A stretch of 64,000 bases of DNA from Balanoglossus misakiensis (taxonomy: Eukaryota > Animalia > Hemichordata), in contig CM082591.2 of NCBI GenBank assembly GCA_040954595.2, positions 7,616,047 to 7,680,046 of the forward strand. Reading direction: 5' to 3'. The notes beneath the pieces are model-generated. The model was not told the DNA's origin. It searched no databases and worked only from the letters and a program-made list of their open reading frames with translations. A program made the translations under genes and the position numbers. This document shows, in pieces, positions 38,501 through 50,509 of the stretch; the stretch's first letter is position 1, and every line of letters starts with the position of its first letter.

Positions 38501-41500
38501 GAATTTCAATAGACAGTCATAGTGCAAATCAAATATTTGAGCCATGCAAGAGTTTATCCCAGTGATGTTGTTAAGAGTTCCCAGAGAGAAACAGCCAAAC
38601 AATTACAATAGCCTTCTCACAGCCATATCAGCTAGGCATCAATCAACATGTAAACGTCACTGAAAATAGTAAAGACTTATTTACTATTTGGAAATTTCCC
38701 TGCGTGTGTGAAGTTGTGGACAAAGTATGCTGTTGAACATAGCTACATGTGTTGTAGGGACATTAGCTGTAAAACTGGCTTCATTTTCAGTATTTTTGTT
38801 CTGTGTACCAATTGCAATTTCTTGACCTACTACAAACAGCAAGGTACTCAGTACTCAACTTGTCAAGATATCCTGTATGTGTGTAACAACCATTGTTATT
38901 GTTGACAAATAAATTCTAGTCCGGACTTGAATTCAAATTTTGCATCATAACACATATATGTTGCATTGATAAGCTAAATGCTGGGCATTACAACTAACAT
39001 CTAAGCATACCTGATTCAGTATTTCATCAACACTTCCCTCTTCTACGCTGTCACCATATAATTTCAATGGTCCTATTCCCCCACCATCTCCTGAAAGTTA
39101 GTAAAATATTCAATGGATTTTGATTTGCATAATGTTATTTCTCTGAAAGTTTCTTGGGGTTAAAACAATTTGCAATGCATGAAACTTAAATTATCTTATA
39201 TGAGTCACAGCTCTAACAAGTTTCATTTTATAGAAATGTAAAATAACAAACTTCTTAATCAAATCTTAATCATAATCTTAATCTGTCACCTGTTTTAGTT
39301 CAGTATTAAGTATAATTTTCTCCTTCCTCCAAGTGATCAATCCACACTCTCTTATTCTTTGAATTTGTATTGTTTCTTGGTTGAATCAATATAGTTTTAT
39401 GGCAAACTATCTCATCTGACAAGAAAAACTTACTGTTCAGAAAGAATAGTTCCAGTCCATCAAACCTGGCTTGGTCATATGTAGCTATCAACTGTAGTGG
39501 AATTCCAGCTGTGTTGGCCTCTGTCATTTCATCTGTCATCAAGATTGGTTCTAATGCCTTGGCTAAACTTCTTGATTCTTCAAGACAGCTTCCTCGCAAT
39601 CTGTAGAGATTATAAAGTCTACGCATGTTGACTGTGATTAGCAGAGACTCTGATCTGATATTGGTTATTTCCACTTCACCCAAATTCTCAGTGCAGACTT
39701 TCTTGACTTTCTCAGTGTCATCACTGTTGGATACCACATCAGATGCTCTTCTCTTCAACTGTTGTTTGCAGTTGTTCCAAGCTGTAGATGCTGCCTGTTG
39801 CCTTTCCTCATTCTGGCCCTCATTTTCTGCTCGATGTTGCTGATAGGCAGTTTCATCCAGTTGGGCATGAACTTGAATTGTTGTGTCGGCATGATGATCT
39901 GAAGATTATAGGAATTGGGGCAATATTAAACTCAATCTAAGACAAAATAATGAGTACGCTTAATTTATCGCCACCCTGGAAAACCATAAGTCATACGGTT
40001 TTTGTTAAACTCCGTCTCCCAAGAAAAAACCTTAAATTTGTAGGGCTTCAAAAATATGTATTGTGGGAAAATCAACAATATATAACCTCACTTGCTCTAA
40101 ACTATAGTTGACACTTATACTGGTAGTACAGGTACTAAGCACAACAGTTAGATTATGCAATTACGCAGATGGCCATTGAAAAGTCAATGGGTCAATGTCC
40201 TTTACTTTAAGTCTAGGAACAATTGAACCTTGTCAACAGTCGCCACCAAGAAAGTTGTTTTTATTAATAATTTTGAAATTGTCTCCTACCTGCTGTATTT
40301 CTTGTGTCCTTGCCACATGGATCAACTCCTTCTTGTTCCCTCATTCGGTCTGGTGTCAACAAACTGGCAAATGTGGCATAACTCTTATCAACATCTTCAC
40401 TCTCCATGAAAGCCTTCTTCAGCTCCTTAGCTTCTTCAAAAGCTATCCTGGTCTTCTTGACACTCCATATTATCTTCTCTGAAATCTTATCAGATGAGTG
40501 TGACACTACAAATTTGTCTGCGTGGTATGGAAAGTATTCCTTGACTAACTCCCCAAGCTGGGAATATTCATCAGGATAGGTTGGTAGTCCAACTGCTATA
40601 GATTCTAAACCGCTATACGGATAGTCCTTGTAGACAGAGACAGGAAGACAACTGTGAGATTGTTGAAGTGATGTTGGCAGTGTGCTTGCTGAGTAACCTG
40701 AGTAGAGTGTAGGGGTGACATGACTACTCTTCATCTGGTCTTGAAGATGCTCCAGTTCAGCCTCACCTGCTTGTGGAGAAGCTCCTTGTATTGACCACTT
40801 AGGAGGTTTGTGGGAAACATCTTTTAGCTTATTGGTTGCGCTTCCAATAGCAGCTGCCAGTGTCTCACACCTGTCCAAGGCTTCTTGTGTATCAATTTGG
40901 CCATATGTCAGTATGTTGTGTGTAGTGACTTTGTCTGGTATGGTTGGGTCTTTTCTGAAAAAGACTTCTGCAGGTCTGGGGAAAATCTCTGCATGAGGGA
41001 TCTTGAAAAGTTGCTTTCCAGAAAATTCTGCTCGGTATTGGTTTTCAAAGTGTGCGAACATGCTTGGACCAATTGAAAATATGAGGTCAGCTTCACTGGC
41101 CAGCTTCAGCATCATTTCACTAAACTTCCCTTTTGGTTGTTTGAACAAACAGTTGCGTTCTTCATAGGCATGGTTGATCATCACTAGTTCTGCATCAGGA
41201 AACAATTTTTTTCTGATATTTGCAGCAGCAAATCCAGTCCTCGGAGCATAACCAACAACATATTTGATGTTTTGTAGCTGTCTGAGGTGATGGTAGTAGA
41301 TTTCATGATATTTCGTCAACCATTTTAAATGTGGCTGATCTTCTTCTGGCTCTGCATTTCTGTCTTCTTCTTGTTGTGCTGGAATCAATTTAACCCGACA
41401 CTTGGCAGCATCTGCCTTCTGGTCGTCACTGACTTTGACACCAACAAATGTGGAGTAGGCGTTAACAGGTGTTTCTTCTTTGACTTTTCTTGCACAGAAA

Positions 41501-42843
41501 TCTTGTACGAGAGTTCTGTGAAACCCAGTCAAGCCACAATCTTCTTTGTTCCAGTCGTCATACACAAATAATACTCCAGGAGGTGGATCTGGAAGATGGA
41601 GTTGATGAAGTTTGGCTTCAGAGAAGAGACTTTCATGAATTGCTTTGGCTGCATTCTGTGTCTTTGGAGAATATCCGACTACATGTTGGATGTTTGTCAG
41701 TTCCTTCAGTCCAGGGAAGTATGTATCATGGTGAACAAGCCAGTGTACTCCAGGGGGGTCTTCATGAGGATCCATCCTCTCGTCTCTTACAGCTGGGATC
41801 AAAGTAGCATCAACACTCTCTGCATCTTTCTTTTGTTCTTCACTCACTTCAACTTCAAGGGTAGTACAGTGGAATTTAGAAACTTCATCTGGCTTCAGTT
41901 TTTCTTCTCGAAATTCAGTGACAAGTTTGTTAGTTGGTGTTGTTGTCTGATCTTCTGATTCTGTCTGCCAGGTTTGCATGACCATTAATGCTGCCACAGG
42001 TGGTGGATTGGGAAGTTGGAGTTGGTGAAGTTTGGCTTCAGGGAAGAGACTTTCTTGAATTGCTTTGGCTGCAGTGTGTGTCTGTGGAGAATATCCGACT
42101 ACATGTTGGATGTTTTTCAGTTCTTTCAGCTTTGGGAAGTGGATACTGTGGCTGGCAAACCAGTGTACTCCAGGGGGGTCTTCAGAAGGATTCAACCTCT
42201 CGTCTCTTATAGCTGGGATCAAAGTAACATCAACACTCTCTGCATCTTTCTCTTGTTCTTCACTAACTTCAACTTCAAGTGTAGTACAGTACGATTGAGA
42301 AACTTTCTCTGACTTCAGGGTTTCTTCTCGAACTTTTGTGACAAGCTGATGAGTTGGTGTTGTTGTCTGATCTTCTGATTCTGTCTGCCAGGTTTGCATG
42401 ACCATTAATGCTGCCACAGGTGGTGGATTGGGAAGTTGGAGTTGATGAAGTTTGGCTTCAGGGAAGAGACTTTCTTGAATTACTTTGGCTGCTTTGTGTG
42501 TCTGTGGAGAATATCCGACTACATGTTGGATGTTTTTCAGTTCTTTCAGTCTAGGGAAGTATGTATCATGGTGAACAAGCCAGTGTACTCCAGGGGGGTC
42601 TTCATGAGGATCCAATCTCTTGTCTCTTACAGCTGGGATCAAAGTAGCATCAACACTCTCTGCATCTTTCTCTTGTTCTTCACTAACTTCAACTTCAAGG
42701 GTAGTGCAGAGGAATTCAGAAATGTTCTCAGACTGGAGTGTGTTTTCTTGGAGATGTTTGATTATAGCTTGAGTTGGTTGGGAGGTCTTTGCCTCCTTGT
42801 CCCATGATTTCAATACAACCAGTGCTGCAGATGGTTCTGACAT
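31770..42843 (-). CDS. Paralogue B, complete, about 1677 aa: 3 GT half-domain repeats + GT4-like domain + TRADD-N-like + coiled coil + NHL beta-propeller. Predicted exons 42843-40290, 39898-39434, 39090-39011, 38458-38380, 37718-37167, 37025-36753, 35343-35194, 35074-35012, 32587-31770
   Basis: Exon lengths 2554+465+80+79+552+273+150+63+818 = 5034 nt form one open frame with GT-AG splice sites. Motifs include ADLIFSIGP and SGLESIAVGLP (GT-B), SESLLITVN (TRADD-N-like) and F-x-x-P-x-[GD] NHL blades. Confidence 0.85.
35378..36465 (-). mobile_element. Same L2/CR1-group LINE fragment in copy B
   Basis: Same insertion site with different frameshifts/indels, so it inserted before the duplication. 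Confidence 0.9.
40290..42843 (-). CDS. Large exon of copy B: three 420-bp (140-aa) repeats followed by a GT-B (GT4-like) domain
   Basis: 859-aa ORF. Antisense shadow ORFs start at 41596, 42016 and 42436, exactly 420 bp apart. Confidence 0.85.
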
Positions 42844-44864
42844 ATTTATATTCCTGCTGGGAAGAAATATATAGTACAGGGGTACAGTTGAATGTAAACA
42901 TAAGACTTTGACTATCTGTATGTAAGCAAGCCCTTGAAATACTTGTCAACATGTACCGTATGTTGACGACTCTTTCTAGAAAGGAATTCAATTGTATTTC
43001 TTAATTGATCACCAATATTGTGCAGTAAATACCTGTCACTTGAAAGAATTTGTATTTCAGTTAAAACAAATTTGTTATTATGAGAAGTCGACCAGTGGTT
43101 GTGGTGATGATGTGAGGGTGTGTCATTTGTATCACTTTTTAAAGAATGAACAAATTAAATGCAGTTCCTTCAGTGGATGTAGGGTATATGTGATGTGACA
43201 CCGTATTACAGACAGCTCCCTAAAGGTCAAATGAGGTGTAAAACCAGACCACAACATGTACGATTAAATATTAACCTTACTCTGCATGATAGTATCATGT
43301 GTACGTATTGATTGATAGAAAAGTTGGAGCTTAATAATTAAAGACAGCTCCCTAAAGGTCAAATGAGGTCACAGTCTGTGTAAAACCAGACCACAACATG
43401 TACAATTAAATAAGGGTTAACCTTACTCTGCATAACCATGTCTTCGTATTGATTGATAAAAAAGTTTGAGCTTAATAATCATAATTGCGCGGCCTTAAAA
43501 AACAAATTGTCTCAATCTTACAGTTGTCGACAGAATTTCAAAGTAGAGTTATAGTCGAATTTTATTTAGATAGAATTCAGTCTGTGATGCCAACAAAGAA
43601 TTTGAAGACATTGAATTTGAGGGGTAGACGGCTGTTGAAATGGTCACTTCTGTCAATAAAATACTCTACCTACTTCAGTCTGTAAAAAAGTGGACAATTT
43701 CTCACAAGAAATGGCTTTGTTTCTAGGAACCTTACACTTTATAAATGCACAATCTCCACAAACTGTCATGAAACTAAGATAGTGCTCACACACGAGGCAA
43801 AATCATCTCTATGAGTTTGGTTCTATAGGCTTTACGTGAGTACTGCGTGTGGTTGTCATGTGATACCTGTTGTTGTACACCAAAAAAAACGAGAACATAC
43901 AGTTAATATTTTGTATGCCCTATAGCATTACTGCATTGGTGAAAATAATTGTCCCTTTTATGATTATTGCTAATGAAGTTGTTTACATTGATGAATCATA
44001 GACGTTGTTTAGTCTCCGATTAATTCAAATCAAGAAAAGTGTAGTGACTTATTTTCAGTAGAATTCTGTTTAGGATGTGTTTCTGTTATATGAAGAAATT
44101 GTTGAGTTTCGTCCATGGGCCGGTGCACAATTCTTCTTGCTCTAATAATATGATAAAAGAAAAATTTAAATATTGCGACCACAGAGGTAATATCGAGCAC
44201 TAAAAATTAAGTATGCTAATGAGCGCCAGTCGGCGTATTGGTTAGTCTCATGTTGTCTCGTGAGATCTCTCTCTCAACTCTCGTTGCCTCGTGTTGTTGC
44301 ATTCATAACGTTATTCCGTTCACGTAAAAGACTTCGCGTTTTTTACGTGGAGATAGGTGTTTTTACGTTAGTTGCAAACGTGAAAAAGTTTCTTATTTTG
44401 GGCAACAAAAAATCATATTATCTACGAAATATGTGTATGCCTTGTTAGCTTGATATCTCATTGTAACAAACGCATTTATTTCTTTTTAGTCATTTTATGT
44501 GAAATTTGGTCATCAATTTGTATGGTCGCCCGATGTTTGAATCCATAGTTGCAGTGCAGCGACACGGTGTAACGATGTACACGCTCAAAATTCGAATCCA
44601 TAGTGCGCGTGCCACACAAACAGACGTTGACATGAAGCCAAACTCTTTTCCACCCGAACGTCTAACGCGAACGCGAACGTGGGTTCTACGCGTCCACATT
44701 CACGTAAAACGTGTAGCCGAACCTGTCTATTGAGACCGCCATCGACATTGATCCTGTTCGCACATACTGTGTCAACACCAAACAATCTCCATATGTCAAA
44801 GCCTTTTACCGCCATCACCCATTACGACTGACATTAGACACAGGAGCGGAGACAAACATGATAA

Positions 44865-45384
44865 GGGTGACGCTTTTTTTTTATTTGTTTCTCATCTCCA
44901 GAGGAATAGTCAGGCAGGGCGGGCGGGCGAAATGAAAAAAAAAACGTGTACCAAAACAAAACCTGTTTCAGTTCCATGTTTTATCCATACAAACAAATGT
45001 GTGGGCCTATTTGTTTCTGTTCAATGTTCTGGCTGTTCAGTCATTGCAATTTCTTATCTTTCAGTCCAGTGTTTTATGCTCTCTGTCCTTTTAGTCACTA
45101 TAATTTCTTGTCTTTCACTTTAATGCTCTTTCCTTTCATTCTCTACAATTTCTTCCCTTTCCTCCGGCCTCGATGGCTTCAGCCATGGTCCGACACGACC
45201 GCCATGATGAATATGACGTCATATTTGCAAAATCTCACAATTAGCCGTTGGGGGCGCTGTTGCTAGGATGGTCGCCTCAGGCTCAGAGTCGGCGCAAATA
45301 AAACAGTTTTTTTTATTTTCATGTCGGAGCAGAAATTTACGGTCGGTCGGGAGATGAGAAACACAGAAAATAAAAACGTCACCC
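44865..45384. mobile_element. PIF/Harbinger-type MITE inserted in the Gypsy protease
   Basis: TIR GGGTGACG...CGTCACCC with subterminal tttctcatctcc/ggagatgagaaa, TAA TSD. Removal restores DTGAETNMIKAST. Confidence 0.8.
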
Positions 45385-47675
45385 TAAAGGCATCCACTGT
45401 GAAATACATCGGTGCACCAATACAAACAAGCACATAATGGGCATTTCAAGCTGATGGGATAACACCATTAAGTGTTAATGGCGAAACACACATCGTTCTA
45501 GCCAGAGGTGACATCGAACTTAAACTTGATGCACTAATAGTTGAAGAGCCTGACGTTGACGTCCTAGCAGGCACGCCGTTTATGACGGAAAACGATATAT
45601 CCGTCCGCCCAGCAAAAAGTCAAGTGACAATCAAAGGTGTATAATATAGATGTCACACGATACGGCCACACCACCAACCTATCAGAAACACAGGCCGTAC
45701 GTCGCACACAATCATTCGTGTTACGATCACCACCCTTGTCGACAGTTGTATTGCCTGGCGAATACCTGGAAGTAGCTGTACCCCAGTGATAGACCCAGAA
45801 GGTACATTAGCTATTGAGTCCAGATGTGATTCAGACAGTTCTAAACACAAGCCAGTACGTGCAGGTATGTGGCCAAAACCGAGCGCATCATAGAAGCTGT
45901 CGCAGGCAAAGTACGTATATACCCGGTACAACGAGTCTACTGAGCCCAGAAGACTTTGTCGATCGCAACGACCACTTCTGTCAGGTTCGCTACGTGACCC
46001 CGCCTAATATCACTAAGCCTGATATAAGCGTTCCGATCACTACGCACATTCCCCCCAACAAAAAAACAATAGTGGATTATTCGAGCACAGTCCAGTTAGA
46101 CCCAGACAACATAATACCGGAATCAGACTGTTCCGCAACCTCCTACGCGAGTATGACAGCATCTTCAACCCGTCCATTGAGTGTTACAATGGAGCGAAAG
46201 GTGACTTCAAATCCACTGTCAACATGGGTCCGGTCGAACTACCACAGAGAAAAGGAAGAGTGCCTCAATATTCCCGCGACAAACTCATCGAATTACAAAA
46301 CAAATTCGACGAACTTGAAGCAATGGGAGTCTTCAAAACCCAGAAGCTGCAGGCATCACTGTGGAATACCTAAACCCATCCTTCCTTGTCAAAAAGCAAT
46401 CAGGTGGCTTTCGTCTAGTAACAGCATTTGCAGACGTCGGTCGTTACAGTAAACCACGACCGTCGCTGATGCCAAACGCAGATTCCACCCTTCGTACACT
46501 CGTCAGGTGGAAGTATATCATCACATCAGATTTGACAAACGCATTCTACCAGATCCCGCTCACAAAACAGTCAATGAAATATTGCGGAGTAGTAACACCA
46601 TATCGCGGTGTCCATGTTTACACCCGATCAGCTACGGGTATGCGTGGATCAGAAACACTAGGCGACCTTATTCAAGAGGGTGTGGTCACAAAGATCGCAG
46701 GTGACATGTACTGTGGTGGCGATTCACCCCAAGACCTTCTACCGGTACACAACTGGGAAAGAGCCCTCCAAGCCCTAAGTCAATGCAACCTCCGCTTAGC
46801 TGCATCAAAGACAACCATTTGTCCAAAATCAACAATGCTTCTTGGCTGGATCTGGCAAGGAGGTGAGATTTCCGCCAGCCCGCATCGCATTGCCACACTA
46901 TCCACATGCTCCCCACTGGACACAGTTCATGGCATCCGCTCATTCATGGGTGCATACAGAGTATTGAGTCGTGTCATCAAGGGCTGCTCACATCTCTTGA
47001 CTCCATTAGAATCAGCTATAACAGGCAAGATGTCACAAGACAAAATTGTATGGTCTGATGAGCTCCTTCACAAGTTTCACCATGCACAACAATCTCTAAA
47101 GCACAACAAGACCAATGTACTCCCCCAACCGACTGACCAGTTATGGATTGTTACAGATGAATCTGTTACAAAACATGGAATCGGTGCCACACTGTATGTA
47201 ACACGCAACTCGGTGATATATCTCGCCGGATTCTTCAGCGCTAAACTACGTAAACACCAACTCATGTGGTGTGGCTACGTATGCGTGATAGAAGCACTTT
47301 GCATTGCCGCTGCTATAAAGCACTTCAGCCCATTCATCAAACAGTTCGACCACCAGGTGTGCGTCCTCACGGACAGTAAGCCCTGTGTACAAGCTGTCGA
47401 CAAGCTCTGCAGAGGAGAGTTCTCAGCCAGCCCACGAGTTACGTTCTTTTTGTCAATTGCGAGCAGATACCAGGTCGCTTTACGCCACCTCGCTGGTTCT
47501 GCCAACGTACCCTCTGATTTTGCAAGTCGCAATGCCCCTAGCTGCGAAGATCCCAAATGTCAGATATGCTCATTCATCATTCGTATTGAAGATTCTGTCG
47601 TCAGATCTACTTCCGTCAGCGACATTGTGAATGGGAAACATCGTCTCCCCTTCACAAGAAGATCAGCGTAGTTAA

Positions 47676-47883
47676 AGGGGAAATCCAGCCTAGCTGATTT
47701 CTACATAATTTGGTAGCTTTGAGGTCACTCTTTCAGAATAAAACATATTCGCCATGTATATTAGTCTCGCGATTTTTTACAGAATCGAGGGAAAGTTGGC
47801 AGAATTTCCAATATGGCGTTTACTGTAATTTGAATCATGGGAAAAAAGCGCCAGGACCCACTTCCGCCCACCAGCGTGGTTAA
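47676..47883. mobile_element. Truncated Kolobok-like insertion in the Gypsy pol
   Basis: Starts TTAA-AGGGG and is flanked by cagcgt(a/g)gttaa. The pol frame resumes as [11 protein letters not shown]. No right TIR. Confidence 0.5.
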
Positions 47884-48102
47884 GCACCCAATCAGAGTGT
47901 CCGGATCTTTGTCGTGTTCACGCTCACCTATCACAGGGAACGCGACCATCTAAGAAACTCACTAACATCAAGGATGTGAAGAGATACCTCGGCGTCACCA
48001 CTATAGCAAAAAACGGAATGTTAGTAGTCAAACACAATGCCCCTTTTTGCCCAACACAAGATTTCATCGTTGTTCCCAGAGCCGTTCTTGATGGTCTATT
48101 AA

Positions 48103-48678
48103 AGGGCACATGTCATGCTTTGAAAAGTTTTCATTTTTCCACGTCAAAAGCTCACCTAGGGTACCTGTCTATGCATTGCCTATTGTGTCAGTTCCGAAAA
48201 ATGTGCGCGAATGCCGGAATTTGCCCCCTTTTTTCATGCCTGTGATCAGGGAGCCACTTCGCACTCGAGCCAGGCGAAGGTATTTGCATATGGACAAACA
48301 AGTACACTACGTCCTAGTGTACCATTCTGCTAACAGTAAAGTGTAATTAGCAGTCCATGAGTAATTAAGTCCCCAGACAAAGACAAGCTATATAAACAGT
48401 GTTCAAAGCAAAGGAAGCCCTTGCCTCACATTACAGGCAGAGGATTTACGAAGGTGTGAAAGACTATTTGTCCACATCAAGATAAGTCTTCGACTGAACT
48501 TCGAAAAGCCGAAAAAACTCGACTGAGTTGGGTTAGGGGTACACGCCCACCTGCCGCTTTTACTTGCCTGTTATCTAAGCACAGCGGGCAAAACGCATTG
48601 CAAGATAGTAACATACGTTAACTTTAAGACCCAAATAGTGATTTTACGCGTGGTTGTATAGGGCATGACATGGGACCT
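48103..48678. mobile_element. Kolobok-type MITE with TTAA TSD in the Gypsy integrase zinc-finger region
   Basis: TIR AGGGCACATGTCATGC / GCATGACATGGGACCT (14/16 match). Removal restores VLDGLLTAIHIKLDHPSKHQL. Confidence 0.85.
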
Positions 48679-50509
48679 TTAACTGCAATACATATCAAGC
48701 TTGATCATCCATCCAAACACCAACTCAAGCTCATCATGAAGCGCCATTTCTATGCCCTTGACATTGATAGGTCCATAGAATCTGTCTCCGAGGCATGCCA
48801 CATATGCGCCTCCTTAAAGAAACTGCCCAACAGCCTAAGCTGAGCAAACAACAGAAGACCCCCCAGAAGTTGTTGGTATTAACTACGCGGCTGATGTCCT
48901 CAAGCGCAGTCGACAACTCATCCTTGTCCTCAGTGAAACTACAACTTCTTACAAATCAACATGCATCATCGAGAATGAAAACCATGTTACACTTCGCGAC
49001 AGCCTTGCACATATGTGCATAGAGCTACGTCCACTAGACGGCCCACATGCCATCATTCGCATTGACCCCGCACCAGGATTCATGGCACTCCGCAATAATG
49101 AAACTCTCCACCATTTGCACATATTCATCGATATAGGCTGCATAAAGAACCTTACCAAAAAGCCAGTTGCAGAAAAAGCCATCTATGAGCTGGAAGAAGA
49201 GCTCCTTCGCCAAGAACCTGGTGGCGATTCTGTCAGTCCACTTAACCTGGCTATAGCTACAGCACGACTTAACTCCCGCATTAGGAGCCGTGATTTATCT
49301 GCCCGGGAAATGCTGACACAGCGAAACCAGTTCACCAATGACAAGATCCAACTTTCTGATCGTGAACTGATTAGCAAACAACTCGAACAGCGCATTATCA
49401 ACCACCCGTACAGCCAGCTACCCAAGTCCAGAAACAAAACTGCTCACCAGAATGACATCAAGGTTGGCGAATTAGTGTATTTGCATGCAGATAATCACAT
49501 GCTCGTAGCCGATACTTGGTTGTCGCCATTGATGGCGATTGGTGCTTCATCAGGAAATTTGCTGGATCCCAACTTCGTGCATCTTCTTACAAGATCAAGA
49601 TCAGGCTCAGCGAGTGTTACAGTGTACCCTGGGTTATTACATATACAACAAGTACCAGTAGAATTATTTTCACACATAAATTGATAAATCGCCTTCATCC
49701 TTTCGGATGCAACGGAGATCTTATGGAAAGTGGACCGCACATCATAACTTTCAGACAGCTCCATGTCAAACTTCATGAAAAAACGAGTAAAAATTCTCCA
49801 AAATGACTCAAATTAGGATTATTCATATTTGTTACATGAAGCGACTGTAGACTGAAATATTTTTTTTTCCAAAAGAACCAAAGTTTTGATTGTGTACAGA
49901 CCAAGTTGACGGAATGCATTCAATTTCAAACAGTCTTGTCTCAAAATCCCTCAAAATAAACTGTAAAAATATTTCAAAACAGCCTTAATTTATTTTGTCA
50001 ACACTCAGTACATGTAGCGACTGCACCTACAATTAATTTCTGTTCTTAATTTTTCTTCAAAATGTGGAAAATAACTCCAAAAATTATGAAAGTGACATTG
50101 GTTCAGTGTGAAGTTTGTTGCCATGGCCATAACATGTAGTTATATACATGTACAGTTATTCTATGATTGACAGATTGATACTGTGGAAGGGCAGTGGAGC
50201 CTGGAAGGTCAAATGAGGTCACACCGCGACAATATGTATGGTTTAAATGTTAACTATACTATATGATACATTAACACCATGTCCAAATATAATTGACAGA
50301 ATAGCTAAACCTTAATCTAAATTCTGTTATCATTACTTAAAGGTGTGTGATCACAATCTATTCTTTGGTACCTTGTTATCTTATCAAATATTTGCAGTGT
50401 GCAGACCACAGTTACCAGCAGCATTATCATTGTATTTGTAAAGTTTAGGTTTTAAATGAACCATCAAAAGTGTTCTTGGGAGAAATATGTTGAAATGTCA
50501 ATCATTACT

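Larger units (their letters stand above)
32513..42875. repeat. Tandem segmental duplication, copy B (matches 1-10300)
   Basis: Same alignment. Paired ORFs throughout the track, e.g. 1625/34140, 4344/36661, 8112/40264. Confidence 0.97.
44730..49630 (+). mobile_element. Decayed Gypsy/Ty3 LTR-retrotransposon pol (PR-RT-RH-IN) with no LTRs visible and three insertions
   Basis: LDTGA protease motif at about 44837-44851; [12 protein letters not shown]; RNase H TDES and TDSKP; integrase H-x4-H zinc finger and IDPAPGF...AEKAI core. Confidence 0.9.

Noticed and set aside
1-42875. The duplication as a haplotype or assembly artefact
   Set aside because: The copies differ by many substitutions, indels and module copy numbers and have strongly diverged upstream flanks. 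A false tandem join of two alleles cannot be fully excluded without reads.
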